DNA of 64,000 nucleotides, taken from NCBI GenBank assembly GCA_030704615.1, contig CM060732.1, forward strand, positions 60,822,001 to 60,886,000, given 5' to 3'. Both the position numbers and the translations under genes were made by a program. This stretch comes from Takakia lepidozioides (taxonomy: Eukaryota; Plantae; Bryophyta). Of this stretch, positions 49,120 through 61,204 are shown one piece after another. The notes beneath the pieces were generated by a model. The model did not search any database. It saw only the letters and a list, made by a program, of their open reading frames with translations, and was not told the DNA's origin. The stretch's first letter is position 1; each line of letters starts with the position of its first letter.

Positions 49120-52100
49120 TGGGTAAACCAATCGTTCCCCTACCAAATGATTTTAGATTGATTTGAAACTTTGGGAGTGTGTTGTACATGCCCTCTTTAA
49201 GTTACCGGACAAGTATGAGGTCAATCTAAAATGGTTCTTAGGGTGAACCAATAGTTCCCCTATTAAATGATTCATGATTGAAAATTGGTTGAAAGGTTTA
49301 ACGAGTCGTTCGGGGGGCAAATGATTATTTTTTCGCTTGCAACTTTGCATACATGATTTGTACGTACTTAAGCACATATGGACCAAAGTTGAACTTCAAC
49401 AAAGTAGTTTGAATCGGTTATTCAAATTCATAAGGAAAAACAATATTTCGCCTGCACATGAATTGTTTTTAATTCCATTCTGAAGGCATATGCTTGATAA
49501 CAACATGAAGAGTTGCATGCAAAATATCACCATGAACAGACATCGTCTGCATCCAAAACACATTTTATTCCCTCATTTGCACTCCAAGGTGAAGTTATCT
49601 TCAACTTCATGCACTCTTCATAGAGAGTTCTGCAAGCATAGAGCAAAGGATGAACGTTTTTTTCCAAACATTTTTCTTTGGTACATTTTTTGGCAAGGAT
49701 GTGGTGGTGTGAGGGTTCAACTCACGGAACAAAATCAAGCCATAAACAAAATCATTGCGCCCCACACTCATTGCACCCCACAATGCTATGCCCTCTAAAT
49801 CATTTTATTTAGTAAAAATCCAGTTCAATTCAAAATTGGATGAAAGGGTGAACGGAAACTTCCCCGATGAAATGATATATTATTACTCCAAAACTTTGCA
49901 AGTGTCTTCTACATGCCCTCTTACACGTCTTTGAGAAGTATGATATCAATCTAAAATGGTTTAAAGGGTGAACCAATCGTCCCCCTACCAAATGATTTTA
50001 AATTGATTTGAAACTTTGCAAGTGTCTTGTACATGCCCCCTTACAGGTCTTTCACAAGTTTCAAATCAATCTAAAATGGTTAAAAGGGTGAATCAATCAT
50101 GAACATATCAAATGATTTTGGAGTGCTTTAAAGCTTTGCAAGTGTCTTTCACATGCCATTTTAAAGGTACCGGACAAGTACGAGGTTAGTAAAATATGGT
50201 TGAAAGGGTGAACCAATTGTTCCCCTATCAAATGATTTTACATTGCTTTGAAGCTTTGCAAGTGTCAGCCACACGCCCTCCTACAAGTACCGGACAAGTA
50301 TGACGTGAATAAAAAATGGTTGAAAGGGTGAACCAATCATTCCGCTATCAAATGATTTTATATTGCTTTGGATGTCATTGCTTTGGTAATTCTAGGCCCC
50401 CAATGGCCCATTGTAACCCTTGAATTACAATTCAAAATGCAATTCAAGCCATTAAAATTGGTAATGTCAGTCCCTAAAATGACCAACCCCGGCCGCCCCT
50501 GAAATTGTAATTTGAGCCCTTGAAATTGTCAATTCCAACCCCTCAAATTGCAATTGAAGCCCTTGAAATTTAATTCCAATCCCTCAAATTGCACTTCTAG
50601 CCCCTGAAATGACAATTCTCGCCTCTCAAATTGCAACTATAGCCTATGAAATGGCAATTGCTAGTGCAGCCCCTGAAATTGGCAATTGAAGCCCCTGGAA
50701 AGGCAGTTTCAGCCCCTCAAATTGCAAGTCCAACCCCTGAAATTGGCTATGGGTGAACAAATCATTCCCCTGCCAAATGATTTTGGATTCATTTGAAACT
50801 TTGCGAGTGTCTTGTACATGCCCTCTTAAAGTTACTGGACAAGTATGATATCAATGTTAAATGGTTCAAAAGGTGAACCAACAGTTCTCATGTTGGATGA
50901 TTCATGATTAATCGTTAACGATTGATCTCATATTACACTGGGACCTATCAGAGGGTACATTGAACACACTGGCCAAGTCTCAAAGCGAACAAAAATCATT
51001 TGGATGGGCTACCATCCGTCGGCCCATTGAACGAATTTCGGTTGATCTCATATTACTTTGGGGCCTCTTCCATGGCACATAGAACATACTGGCCAAGTCT
51101 CAAATCAAACCAAAATCATCTCGATGGCCAACCATCCGTTGAGCCATCGAATGAATTTTGATTGATCTGATATTAGTCCGGGACCTGTGAGAGGGTGTCT
51201 CGAACATACTAGCAAAGTTTGGAAGTAAACAAAAATGATTTGGATGGGCAATCATCCGTTCACCCGTTGAATGTATTCCGTTGGATCTGCTATTGCTTTG
51301 CGACCTGTTGGACTGTGTTTCGTGTGCTCACGATTTTTTTTTCATTCGGTTTTTGAATGGGGCGTGTAATGTAGCCATATGCAACATGCATGCCAAATTT
51401 GGGAGCGAACATAATTCATTTGGACCTAAAACCACAGTTTCTTCCTTGTTTTTGCACTCCAAACTTGATTTGTGTTCAACTTCATGCACTCTTCATAGAG
51501 AGTGCTGCAAATAGTGAGCGAAGAGAACACTTTTTTTTTGGGCATTTTTTATTGGTCCAAATTTTGGCGGGGGAGTAGTGGTGGGATGCTAGAAGCCGCA
51601 GAACAAAATTGAGCCAAAAACAAAATTGATACGTGCCAGAAACCCCCAATGAAAGGCAGTGCAAACCTATTTATTGGCTTAAAATTAATTTAAATTCAAT
51701 TACATTATGGAATGGCTTGATGTCGATGGGGAGGCAAATGATTTATTCGTCTGTTGTGTCTCCGCACAGGTGTTGCACACATGTTCAAGCACATGCGGGC
51801 AAAAGAGGGGCTTCAACCACATCCGTTCAATGGGTGCAATAGCTGTGCACGCAAACCAGATGATAACTGAACGCCTCATTGGCCCATCGAACGAATTTCG
51901 ATTGATCTCATATTACACTGGGACCTATCAGAGGGTACATTGAACACATTGGCCAAGTCTCAAAGCGAACGAAAATGATTTGGATGGGCAACCATCCGTT
52001 GGCCCATTGAACGAATTTCGATTGATCTCATATTACTCTGGGGCCTCTTCCATGGTACATTGAAGATACTGGCCAAGTCTCAAAACGAACCAAAATCATT

Positions 52101-52530
52101 TGGAGGCAAATGATTTATGCGTCTGTTCATTTATTTGTGATTAATCGTTAATGGTGAAAAGGATAAACCAAAGGTTCCTTGATCAAAAAAAATTTGAATG
52201 ATTTGAAATTTTTCCAGTATATTCTATATGCCTCTTACATGGACCGGACAAGTATGAGATCAATAAAAAAATGGTTCACAGGAGGAACCAATGGTTGATT
52301 GATGTGCCGATTTCTGAATGCTTTCAAACTTTGCCATTGCATTGTACATGCCCTCTTAAAGGTACCGAACAAGTATGAGTTCGATTTAAAATATTGCAAT
52401 GGGTGAGCCAATGGTATCTTCATTCAGCAAGTTTTGATTGTTTTGAAACTTTGCCAGTATATTGTACATGCCGTCAAACAGGTACCGAACAAGGATGAGG
52501 TCATTCAAAAATGGTTCAAAGGATGAACCT
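49120..52530. repeat. Complex satellite region: ~120-bp units in both orientations, plus a ~250-bp direct duplication (~49500-49760 and ~51380-51620)
   Basis: Recurring CAAATGATTTT..GAAACTTTGCAAGTGTCTTGTACATGCCCTCTTA..GGACAAGTATGA; reverse-oriented relatives at 50920-51300 and 51870-52110. Confidence 0.85.
50415..50748. repeat. ~21-bp minisatellite (consensus GCCCCTGAAATTGCAATTCAA)
   Basis: About 15 degenerate tandem units. Confidence 0.85.
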
Positions 52531-52626
52531 TGTATTTCCAAAAATTACGTAGACTATACAGTGGGTTGCACATTTAATTTTTCGCAACCTGAGACCTTTG
52601 GCCTACTCCCTACGTTTCTAGCATTT

Positions 52627-54970
52627 CTAGTAATCTTCATCTAGATTTATTACTTCGTTGTCGTCATCTCCAGATGTTGATGAAGATGCTCCGGGTGTAG
52701 AGGACACGCCTCCACCAGTACGGAGAGCTCAAGCCTGGGCTCGAGTGGTCAAAGAGGGACCTAGTGTTGTGTGGTCCACCCTTGCCATCATGCGTAGCGT
52801 TCTAGGCGAGTGCTGACTCTCTTCCACATTTGCCAGAGCCGGGTGTGTCACTCTTGCTACGGCGGCATGCAATTTATCAATTAAATCCGATATGTTTGGA
52901 AGTGGCAAGAACATCCCTGGAATAGGGGCAACTTGGTCACGCCATGTGTCCTACCAATACTTTAGAACACTCGTGATGGCAGCCTTGAAATTGTCCAATA
53001 CCTCCTCCTGTTGGGGGTCTCTGCGCAACTTTGGAAGAAATGGCCCATCATCCCGACGGGGCATCCAGTACGTCTCATTCATATCCTCCCAACGGATGCT
53101 AACGGCCTCCAACTCCCTCAGAAATAGGTCTTTCCGAATCGGTTCGCGATTGTATGGGTCGTTTTCCGCTGGCACCCACGGATCCTCAGGCAGTCGGAAG
53201 AATCTTTGTCTGGTACAACTCCAATGCCCTCCCATGTTCCGGCAAAAAAGCTCCATTTGGACTGGGTCTCGTATGCCTCTAGCACGCACGGTTATTTCCC
53301 AGTTGGATGTCACCCCAAAGGTCACCGGATCTTTAACCCTAGTTAACGTTTTTGCATCCAAGGCGTGCATCTCTCTTGGAGCATCCCATGTCATTGTCTC
53401 CCCCCAGTGCTGCCAATTTAAAAAACCGTAAGGCGATACATCCAATGGCATGTTGTACCGGTTGTACTCGTATCCCGTGGGCATATTGTCTTGCAACCCA
53501 AACAACTCATAGAAACGTTGATGGATTGGTCTACGGCAGTCAGGGCATTGGCTGGCTCGCATGGCTGTCGATATGAAATATGTGGGATGGAACAAATGGC
53601 CACATGAACCAAACATATAGCCTCCCTCCGGTCCATAAGGGTTTAGGCACATTGTGCACACCGTACCATCTATTACCCATGACGCTGGATTGCTCTGTGG
53701 TATCCACGTCCGTTTATCCTCATTAATGTAGGATGACATCCTCGGTCTGGTGTCCCACTCTTCCTCTACTTCCAAATCCCAGTTTATGCTATTATCAGAA
53801 ATTGTATGCACAAAGTGCTCAAACATGGCATGCACATCACCCCATGTGATGAATCCAGTGTACTTCGACGTGAATACATCACGCACAGTGTCGTGCCTTT
53901 GCAAATTAGCATAGATGCTATCTACGCTTCGATTCGACAAACGTGCTGCACGTTGGAGGAATGACAACGCTTCTTCTATCCGTGTTTTCCGCGATGCTAG
54001 ATGGCCCGCCCATGTCACCCAATTCCGCCAATTCCCCTTCAACCATGGCCACGATCGGATTTGCATGGCATTTGAGTACCGATATGTAACAGCCCTAGCT
54101 TGCTCGTGTTCCCCCACAAGCTGCTCTAATTCCTGTTCTTGGGCCGATGTAATTTGCACGGCTGAACATTCCCCAGTTTCCACTATGGGATCCTTCCCTT
54201 TTCTTGCCCTCTCCGCCGCAAGTCTTTCTTCCTCAACCTTTGTCGGGTCCAGTTTAGACGTTTGCACTTCATTCCCATGCCCGATTGAGTCAACCCCGTC
54301 GATGACGTGGTCAATGTCCATTGGTGGCATATTCAAACGCGTCAATATGTCTTGCTCGTTGGTGATTGGCCTCGGGTCCTGAAGCACACCGCGTACGCTG
54401 TCGAGAGTCCCCAACCCCATTCTTTCCAGCAACTTCGCTAGTTGCCACCGTTGCAAATGAACAATATCCTGCAGATCTTTGATGTGCTATTGATGTGCGG
54501 CCAACTGTTCCTCCAACGGAGAGTGTACCTTGCCCCCCTCCACCTCAGACGTTGAAGGCCCGGCTGCGGAGACCTGTTGCGGCATATAATCTGGAGGTTG
54601 GTCTGCATTTCCTCCTTCTTCCACATCGTCGTTTCCATCCGCATTTCCTTTTTCTTCCACCTCGTCGTTTCCATCGAACCGTATGATGTCCTGCCTTTGC
54701 CGTATATACAAGTCTGGGATATCAGAGAACATGTATAGTCTAGTACGCTGTCTCGCAGTGATAGTTTGTCAATCCACCGGTCGCAATAAAATCGACTCTG
54801 TGTACAACATGGCCGCAAATAAATACGGGACCTTGTTGTTGACGAGCGGTTGACCCCACAATGTTGTATGTACCTCCTCTGCCCTGTGGCGGAAATGCGG
54901 GTTGGCGCAGTAATGCAAGCTAGCTTGATTTTGTTTGGTTCACTGTCTTGAGTTTTGGCGCCACTATGTT
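52627..54970 (-). pseudogene. Decayed large ORF containing a RING-H2-like zinc finger, 5'-truncated by the chromovirus junction
   Basis: CTMC...CGHLFHPTY...CPDC. ORFs 54487-54732, 52951-54456 and 52729-52914 are all in one frame, separated by single stops. Confidence 0.7.
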
Positions 54971-54975
54971 GGTTC

Positions 54976-56630
54976 CAACCAGTGAAGGTGTTCACGGACA
55001 ATGTCACGGTGAAGTATTTTGCCACGCAGCCCAAGTTGTCCCCAAAACAACTTAGGTGGCAAGATACTTTGGCGGTGTTCGACGTGGATATCCAGTACAA
55101 ACCGGGACGAGACAACGTGGTGGCCGATGCTCTAAGTAGAAAGCAGCAGCTCTTGTTGGTGTACAAGGGCGAGACGACGCTCCAAAGGAAGATCCGGAAG
55201 GCTTGCCGGAAGGATGAGCTGGCGAAGTCCGTGATGCAGGACTTGAGGATGGGGATTAAATCGCAGTTCCACTTGCAAAATGGACTGCTCCGGTATAAAC
55301 AAAAGCGTCTCTACGTGCCGAAGGGAGGGATCAGAGATAGCCTCTTGAGAGAATGCCATGATAGCCCGCTTGCAGGCCACAGCGGAGCCAAGCGCACTGC
55401 GGCACTCTTGAAGAAAGAGTATTTCTGGCCCAAACTGAGGGAGGAGGCAGAGGAGGATGTCAAGACATGCACCACATGCCAACAAAACCGGAGCGAGTAC
55501 AAAAAGCAAGCGGGGCTGTTACAACCCTTGCCGATTCCAGAGGGGACTTGGGAAAGCGTCTCGATGGATTTCATGACTGCTATGCCGCTATCAAAAGGAT
55601 TCGATGCAATCATGGTGGTGGTGGATAGGTTCAGTAAAATGGGCCATTTCATCCCCACCAAGGAGACGGCAACGGCGCAGGAGACATGGCGACTTTACTT
55701 CGCCCACGTCTTAAAGCATCATGGAATCCCGAAGGATATTGTCTCGGACCGCGATCCAAAGTTTACGAGTAAATTTTGGAGGGCACTTTGGAAGAAGATG
55801 GGGACGAGGCTGAAGATGAGCACCGCCTTCCGACCTACGACCGACGGCCAAACAGAAAGAGTGAATTCCGTAGTGAAGCAGATCTTGCGGAATTACGTGT
55901 CGGCAGACCAAACAGACTGGGTGGAACACTTAGACGCGGCAGAGTTCTGTTATAATAACACATAACACTCCGCAACGGGAGTTTCCCCTTTCGTATTGGT
56001 CTATGGAAAGCACCTCTGGTGCCGACAAGTTGGGCCGCCCAGGACGTTGAGGAACCGACAGTAGCGGCGGTACTGGAAGAACGCGAACGTTTGTTGAAGC
56101 TCGCAAAGTACAACATTGCCAAAGCTAGGAAACGGTATGAAAGGCAGGCGAATCGGAATCGGAGGGAAGTGAAGTTTGAGGCAGGCACGGAGGTCTGGTT
56201 GAACATCAAGAATTTCCGACTACCTCCGGAAGTGAGTCCGAAGTTTGTACCTCTGTATGCGGGACCCTTTCGCATTCGGAAGGTTATGAATGAGGATGTG
56301 TATGAATTGGAGCTGCCGGCAAACAGCAAGGTGCACCCAGTATTCCATGTCTCCCTTTTGAAGCCTTACTTCAAAGATGAAGCGCGTCCGAATCGGCATC
56401 AAGTGTCGCGTCCGCCACCTATGCTGTTGGATCATGAAAATGAACCTGAGTACGAGGTGGAGGCAATACTTAAGTCGAGGAGGTTCAAGAACCAAGAAAC
56501 GGAGTATCTTGTCAAATGGAAGGGCTATCATCATGTGGAGGCATCTTGGGTGCGTGCCTCAGAAATGGGAAACGCATCCGAGGCGGTTGCAGCTTTCGAA
56601 GGGCGACCTCAAAAGCGGAAGAAGCGTTGA
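54976..56630 (+). pseudogene. Chromovirus pol fragment (RNase H-integrase-chromodomain) with a stop at 55963-55965 and a frameshift near 56010
   Basis: ORFs 54955-55965 and 56019-56630. Confidence 0.9.
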
Positions 56631-57707
56631 TGGGGACATCAACCTTGGAGCATGGGGGAGGAAATGCATGCTTAGCCCGGCTTAGCTAGCTTAGGAATCC
56701 GATTGCAAAAACTTGTATTGTACAAAACGTGCTATAAATGAAATGGCTTCCAAATGTTGTGCGTCCTATTTTGTTTGGAATGGTGATGCATGGTATGGTT
56801 GGCTAGTGTGTAGAATGCATGCTAGCTTATAAAAGTGGGAGAGGTAAATTGGGTCAATCGTGTGTTTGCGTAGTGCCGAAATCGGGTGACCCCTATCCAA
56901 GGGGCAAGGAAACTTGCGCCTTCTTTGGGAGTTCACGTGCTAGTGCGCACCTGGCGCGTGCGCGTACTATAACTGCGCTACCGAGGGGGTTGCCTTGTAG
57001 TGCGGGCTAACGCGGAAGCTACGTGCTTCCGTTCACGTACTATAATCGTGTAGCCTCGGGACGAAGTCGTAGTGCGGGTTCGGCGTGTTCCCGTACCTCA
57101 GGCCAGCATTCCAAGGCGGACCCAATTGTAGTGATTGGGACGCACGGTTGGTTCAAGGTTATCTTCCTAGTCAAAGAGGGTTCCAGGTGAACCCTTGCTC
57201 AAGGTGATGCCAAAAGCGGCATCATGAGCGGTTGCAAGCAATGTTGTTGCAGTAAGGCGATTCGATCCTCGGGGAGGATTGTTCCTTGGCCTTGAAGTAG
57301 GCCAAGAAGAGTGCACTGGGAGGAGCTGGAGAGGCTCCACCCTTGGCCGGGACTTGGAGGAAGTCGGCCGAACTAGCTAGTGGAGAGTAGAGTCAAGTGT
57401 GGGGTTTGGTTCTTTGCCATGGGACGCCATGGTGCAAGCCCGTTGGTGACCAAAAACTAGTGAGTAAGCGAGCGAGCCGAAAAGCGACCAAAGAGTGGGG
57501 AGCTGTTCCAGACTGCCATCTACAAAGGGAATTCCACTAGGCCCAAATAGGTGGAGGGTTTAGTGGGAGAGCGAAGGGGGACTGTTATGTCCCGGTGAGC
57601 AGCCGAAACTCCAAGTTGGCCCGACGGCCAGGTTGGGAGTCAGGCGCGCGCATCAAAGCGAGTAACTATGACTTGAAGGGGAGCTTACCGAAGTGAGATG
57701 CGCGACA
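54976..57707 (+). mobile_element. 5'-truncated Ty3/gypsy chromovirus (end of RNase H, integrase, chromodomain, PPT, 3' LTR)
   Basis: TDN..NVVADALSR, H..H..C..C zinc finger, SMDF/SDRDPKF/TDGQTE integrase core, GPF motif, chromodomain EYEVEAIL..YLVKWKGY..ASW. PPT GGGGGAGGAAA at ~56654-56664, LTR ~56665-57707 ending CGCGACA. Confidence 0.92.
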
Positions 57708-57709
57708 AA

Positions 57710-60171
57710 TAGGCTATGAAGGCCACCTTTGCTGCTGCCAATAAGGCTTCCACATAATTTGGCTATGGTGCCATCTCCCAAGTTGGGGTGCAACAATTGC
57801 AACACCTTCACCTGATGCGCACACATATTACTTTTGCGGGCATAACGACAATCGCAACATCCCAGTTGGACTGTGGATTGTGAACCGTATAGGTAGTCCC
57901 CTCATCCCAAATACATTTGACACTGGCGATGCTCCCTTCTGTCAGCGGAAGGTTCATATTGCAATCGGGAATCTGTTTGACAAGCAAAATAAAGCTACAC
58001 ACAAACCCTTCAAGTCGCTTGTTGCGGATGAAGCCATAGGTTTTGGCATAGGACATATACCAGTAATGAGTAAGAAAATCACCTGTGAGTTCATGAATGA
58101 GCCAATCGACTCGTCTGCTGACCAGTTTGCTCTTTGTGCATTTCAGTTGTGCCTTCAGATTGCCATGATAAGCTTCAATGGCGGCGTTTGTGTCTTGTCC
58201 TGCGTGTGGAATGTTGCGAGAACCCATTGTCCACATCTTAGCTTTAGGAACCCACTCTTGCTCCAAGTAGTCACAAAATTCACTTACAGTGTAGTACTTG
58301 AAACGTAAATTCACAAGTTTGCACACTGCCCATGCTTCACCTGCGTGACGCGTCACCCTCGCTTTTTGCAGCACTATACATGATTTTTGACATATCTTGC
58401 ATGACACATGCACGCAAATCTGCATATTTGATCTTAGACACACATTCTTTTGCCATGCTCTCTTCACATGCCAAAGGCATAGAAAAACTGCAGACTGCCC
58501 CCACACGGCCCTGACATAGAAAGATATGTGACAACATTATAATGTGGAGATGTGCAGAAAACCAAAGAATTCCAGAGAGTTGCGAATCGGGATTCACCTG
58601 ATTGCTTTTATTTTAACATCCCCATCATCAACAATGAAAGCATGTGGGTACCATCCTGCCTGGTGAGCCTGAAGCTTCCCGTTCACTGCGGACATCCATG
58701 GCTCCAAATCGATTGTCTTTGATCTTGCTGTGATGATGAATGCAACTGGGATTCCATTCAACCACTCGTCAAATACCATCATGGTGTATAGCGGGTACTA
58801 CATAAACAACAATCAATGTACAACAATTGAGGCAAATTTGTATGGAGAAAGCAGTGAGTAGAAGATTTGTACGATGTGAGGATGCAGTATGGCAAGTACA
58901 CCTTAAACCTGGCTTCAACAATGCAATGAAGTGAAAAGGGAGATCCCACCTTCTTCTCATTGGTTCCGAAGATGGCGTCGCATGCGACAATTCGGTGATG
59001 GCCAAATTTCAACATTTGATCTCGTTGCCATACTGTTTGTATGCCAAGAATGAATGGAAGATCAAGCTTGATGTCACTGGATGTCCAAGCCTTGTGGTTA
59101 TTTTCTTCTTGGTAGTAGCTGAAAACACTGGCCATATTTTCATGCACCCACATGCGGACACTCTGTGCATCATTTGGGTGGTTTTTGAATGTCTTTTCAT
59201 CGCATAGCTTCGCAATATTCCGTATGTTATGGGAGAGGAGAAAAGTGTCACGGCTGACGTCCAGCCCTTGCTCCATCAACTCCTTCACTCGCATGGTGTG
59301 CTTGCCATTATCTTGTTTATGCTCAGCCCAAGACGTAAATTGTGCAAAATCCATGATTTCATGTCATCACTAAGATGGGGATCCATTGCACATCGGTTCA
59401 ACTGACATGAAGGTCCGTGGCATATCTGACCTCTTCCATTTACATGTTGTTTCTCATAATAAATTATCTCTGCGATAGCAGGGTCCAGGTAGCATTGCTT
59501 GACAGCAAATCGGCACATGCATCCTCTTTTGATGTCTTCTCCTGTTTTGTTGTTTGTAGTCCTTTTTTGTTTAGGTTTTTTTCCTATGGATGCTGGCCCC
59601 ACTATAGACTTTCTCCCCCTTTTCTTGGGTGGACCTGCATGACATTTCTTCGCACGCATAGCCTCTGTTACCTCCACAATGTTCAGGGTATTGTCTTGTG
59701 GGCCATAGGCGCAGTGATACCTACGCCAAGAACATGAGTGGCCTTTTAGAACCGCTCTTATGAAAAGCATAAGTGCATGGCTAGTGGGATTGGACAAAAC
59801 CTGTATAGTGGGCAACATTCATTTCATTTTTCATGAATCATGGCATGCTCAACTTCATACCTTGTAATGTTCATGGCACTATTGATGCGTGGTGCCTGGA
59901 GACTCCCAGCAGGGGTGCCTTTCTGTCGATGAGTGCGGAATGTGCATGGGGCTTCCTTCTGGGAGGACTCACCAGCAATGAAGTCCGCCACCCGATTCCA
60001 AGGAATATATGCAATTTTAGCTATGTTCTCATCAGGTATCTGTCCATGCCATTGGGACCTCCATTGCAAGTCATGGTTTGTGAAAGCACCTGTCTTTGGT
60101 GTCTGTAGCTGACTTTGCAGATTAGAAAGAAGGAGGGGCAAAATCTTGCCATGTTCAACCTCTTCAGCCAT
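57710..60171 (-). pseudogene. Degenerate, intron-containing MULE-type DDE transposase with a SWIM zinc finger
   Basis: IAYIPWNRVADFIAGES, YHCAYGPQD, KRGCMCRFAVK, CHGP, LGIQTVWQ, CDAIFGTN (D), FIVDD (D), CLWHVKRAW, TNAAIEAYH (E), then a SWIM remnant. Contains stops and frameshifts; the 3' end is cut by the LTR. Confidence 0.8.
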
Positions 60172-61029
60172 GCTTACAGAAATAAGACGCTTCTGAGTTT
60201 GTTGATGTCCTCTTTCGCTGTCGTATCCTTACACACGCCTCATACTCTTTTATTCTGCACTCATATTCTGGGCATGTATAATGGAATGTAGCATGTTCAT
60301 GTGGGCAAGCTAGAAACGCATAGAGAGAACTGCTGTACGAAGAAATGCACGATGAGGGTAGCAAAACCCTCCATTGGGGTGGCAGTGTATGTGACGACGT
60401 GGCATATATCCCAACGTCCATTCTCTTTCTTCAGATTTGCCATTTTAAAATTTGAAAAGATGTCAGAACGAATTTGAATTGAGGGCATGATGTATGTTTG
60501 GGATACCATGTGGCATGGGGAGGATGAAGGCATGCATGGGGGATGGAGGACGATGCCATGCATGAGGTGAGGATGGGAGGCAGGATGGGGATGCGGGTGA
60601 GGACATGTGTCATGTCCTGGCAGAGGGAACATGAGGCGCGGGAGGGCGTGCTGCGCGGTGTGCGGGCGATGGAGGCGGGGGTGGGCAGGCAGAACCGGCT
60701 CCCTCGCATTCAACTCCAGGGCCCCATCTATTACTTGGCTTTACCTAATATGGATGGTATACCCTCCGGAAGGTTGTTCCTATCACATTACACATTGAAA
60801 AAATCCATACATTATTTACCTTGCAGAAGGTTCTTCTTTCTGAATTCTTATAAAGAGGTTGTATCTAGGATTGCATATAGTATAGTGGTTTACCCTCTAG
60901 ACAGTTGTTCCTGTCACATTGAGCATTGAAAAAATCCATACAAAACATATTCACCTTACAGAAGGTTGTTCAACGTGAATTCTGTCTTAACAGATTATGT
61001 ATGGGATTTTACCTAGCATGGTGGTATAT

Positions 61030-61204
61030 ATATATATATGTTTGACCCCTCCCGAAGGAAGCGTAAATTATGGTGTCTCTTCACCCCGAAAGGTTACTGC
61101 CTTTTGCTAGGAAGGTGGACACCTTTGTGACACCAAGGGTGGATTGAACCCACAACCACTTCCGAGGTGGTAGCCCATTACCACTGGGCTACAACTTGGT
61201 TGTC
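61030..61204 (-). mobile_element. tRNA-derived SINE with a (TA)n tail and a 14-bp TSD
   Basis: Minus-strand A-box TAGCCCAGTGG and B-box GGTTCAATCC in a tRNA-like head. TSD GCATGGTGGTATAT at 61016-61029 and 61205-61218. Confidence 0.85.

Noticed and set aside
61130-61204. Functional tRNA gene
   Set aside because: The anticodon arm is non-canonical, and it is part of a TSD-flanked insertion with a body and tail, i.e. a SINE head.
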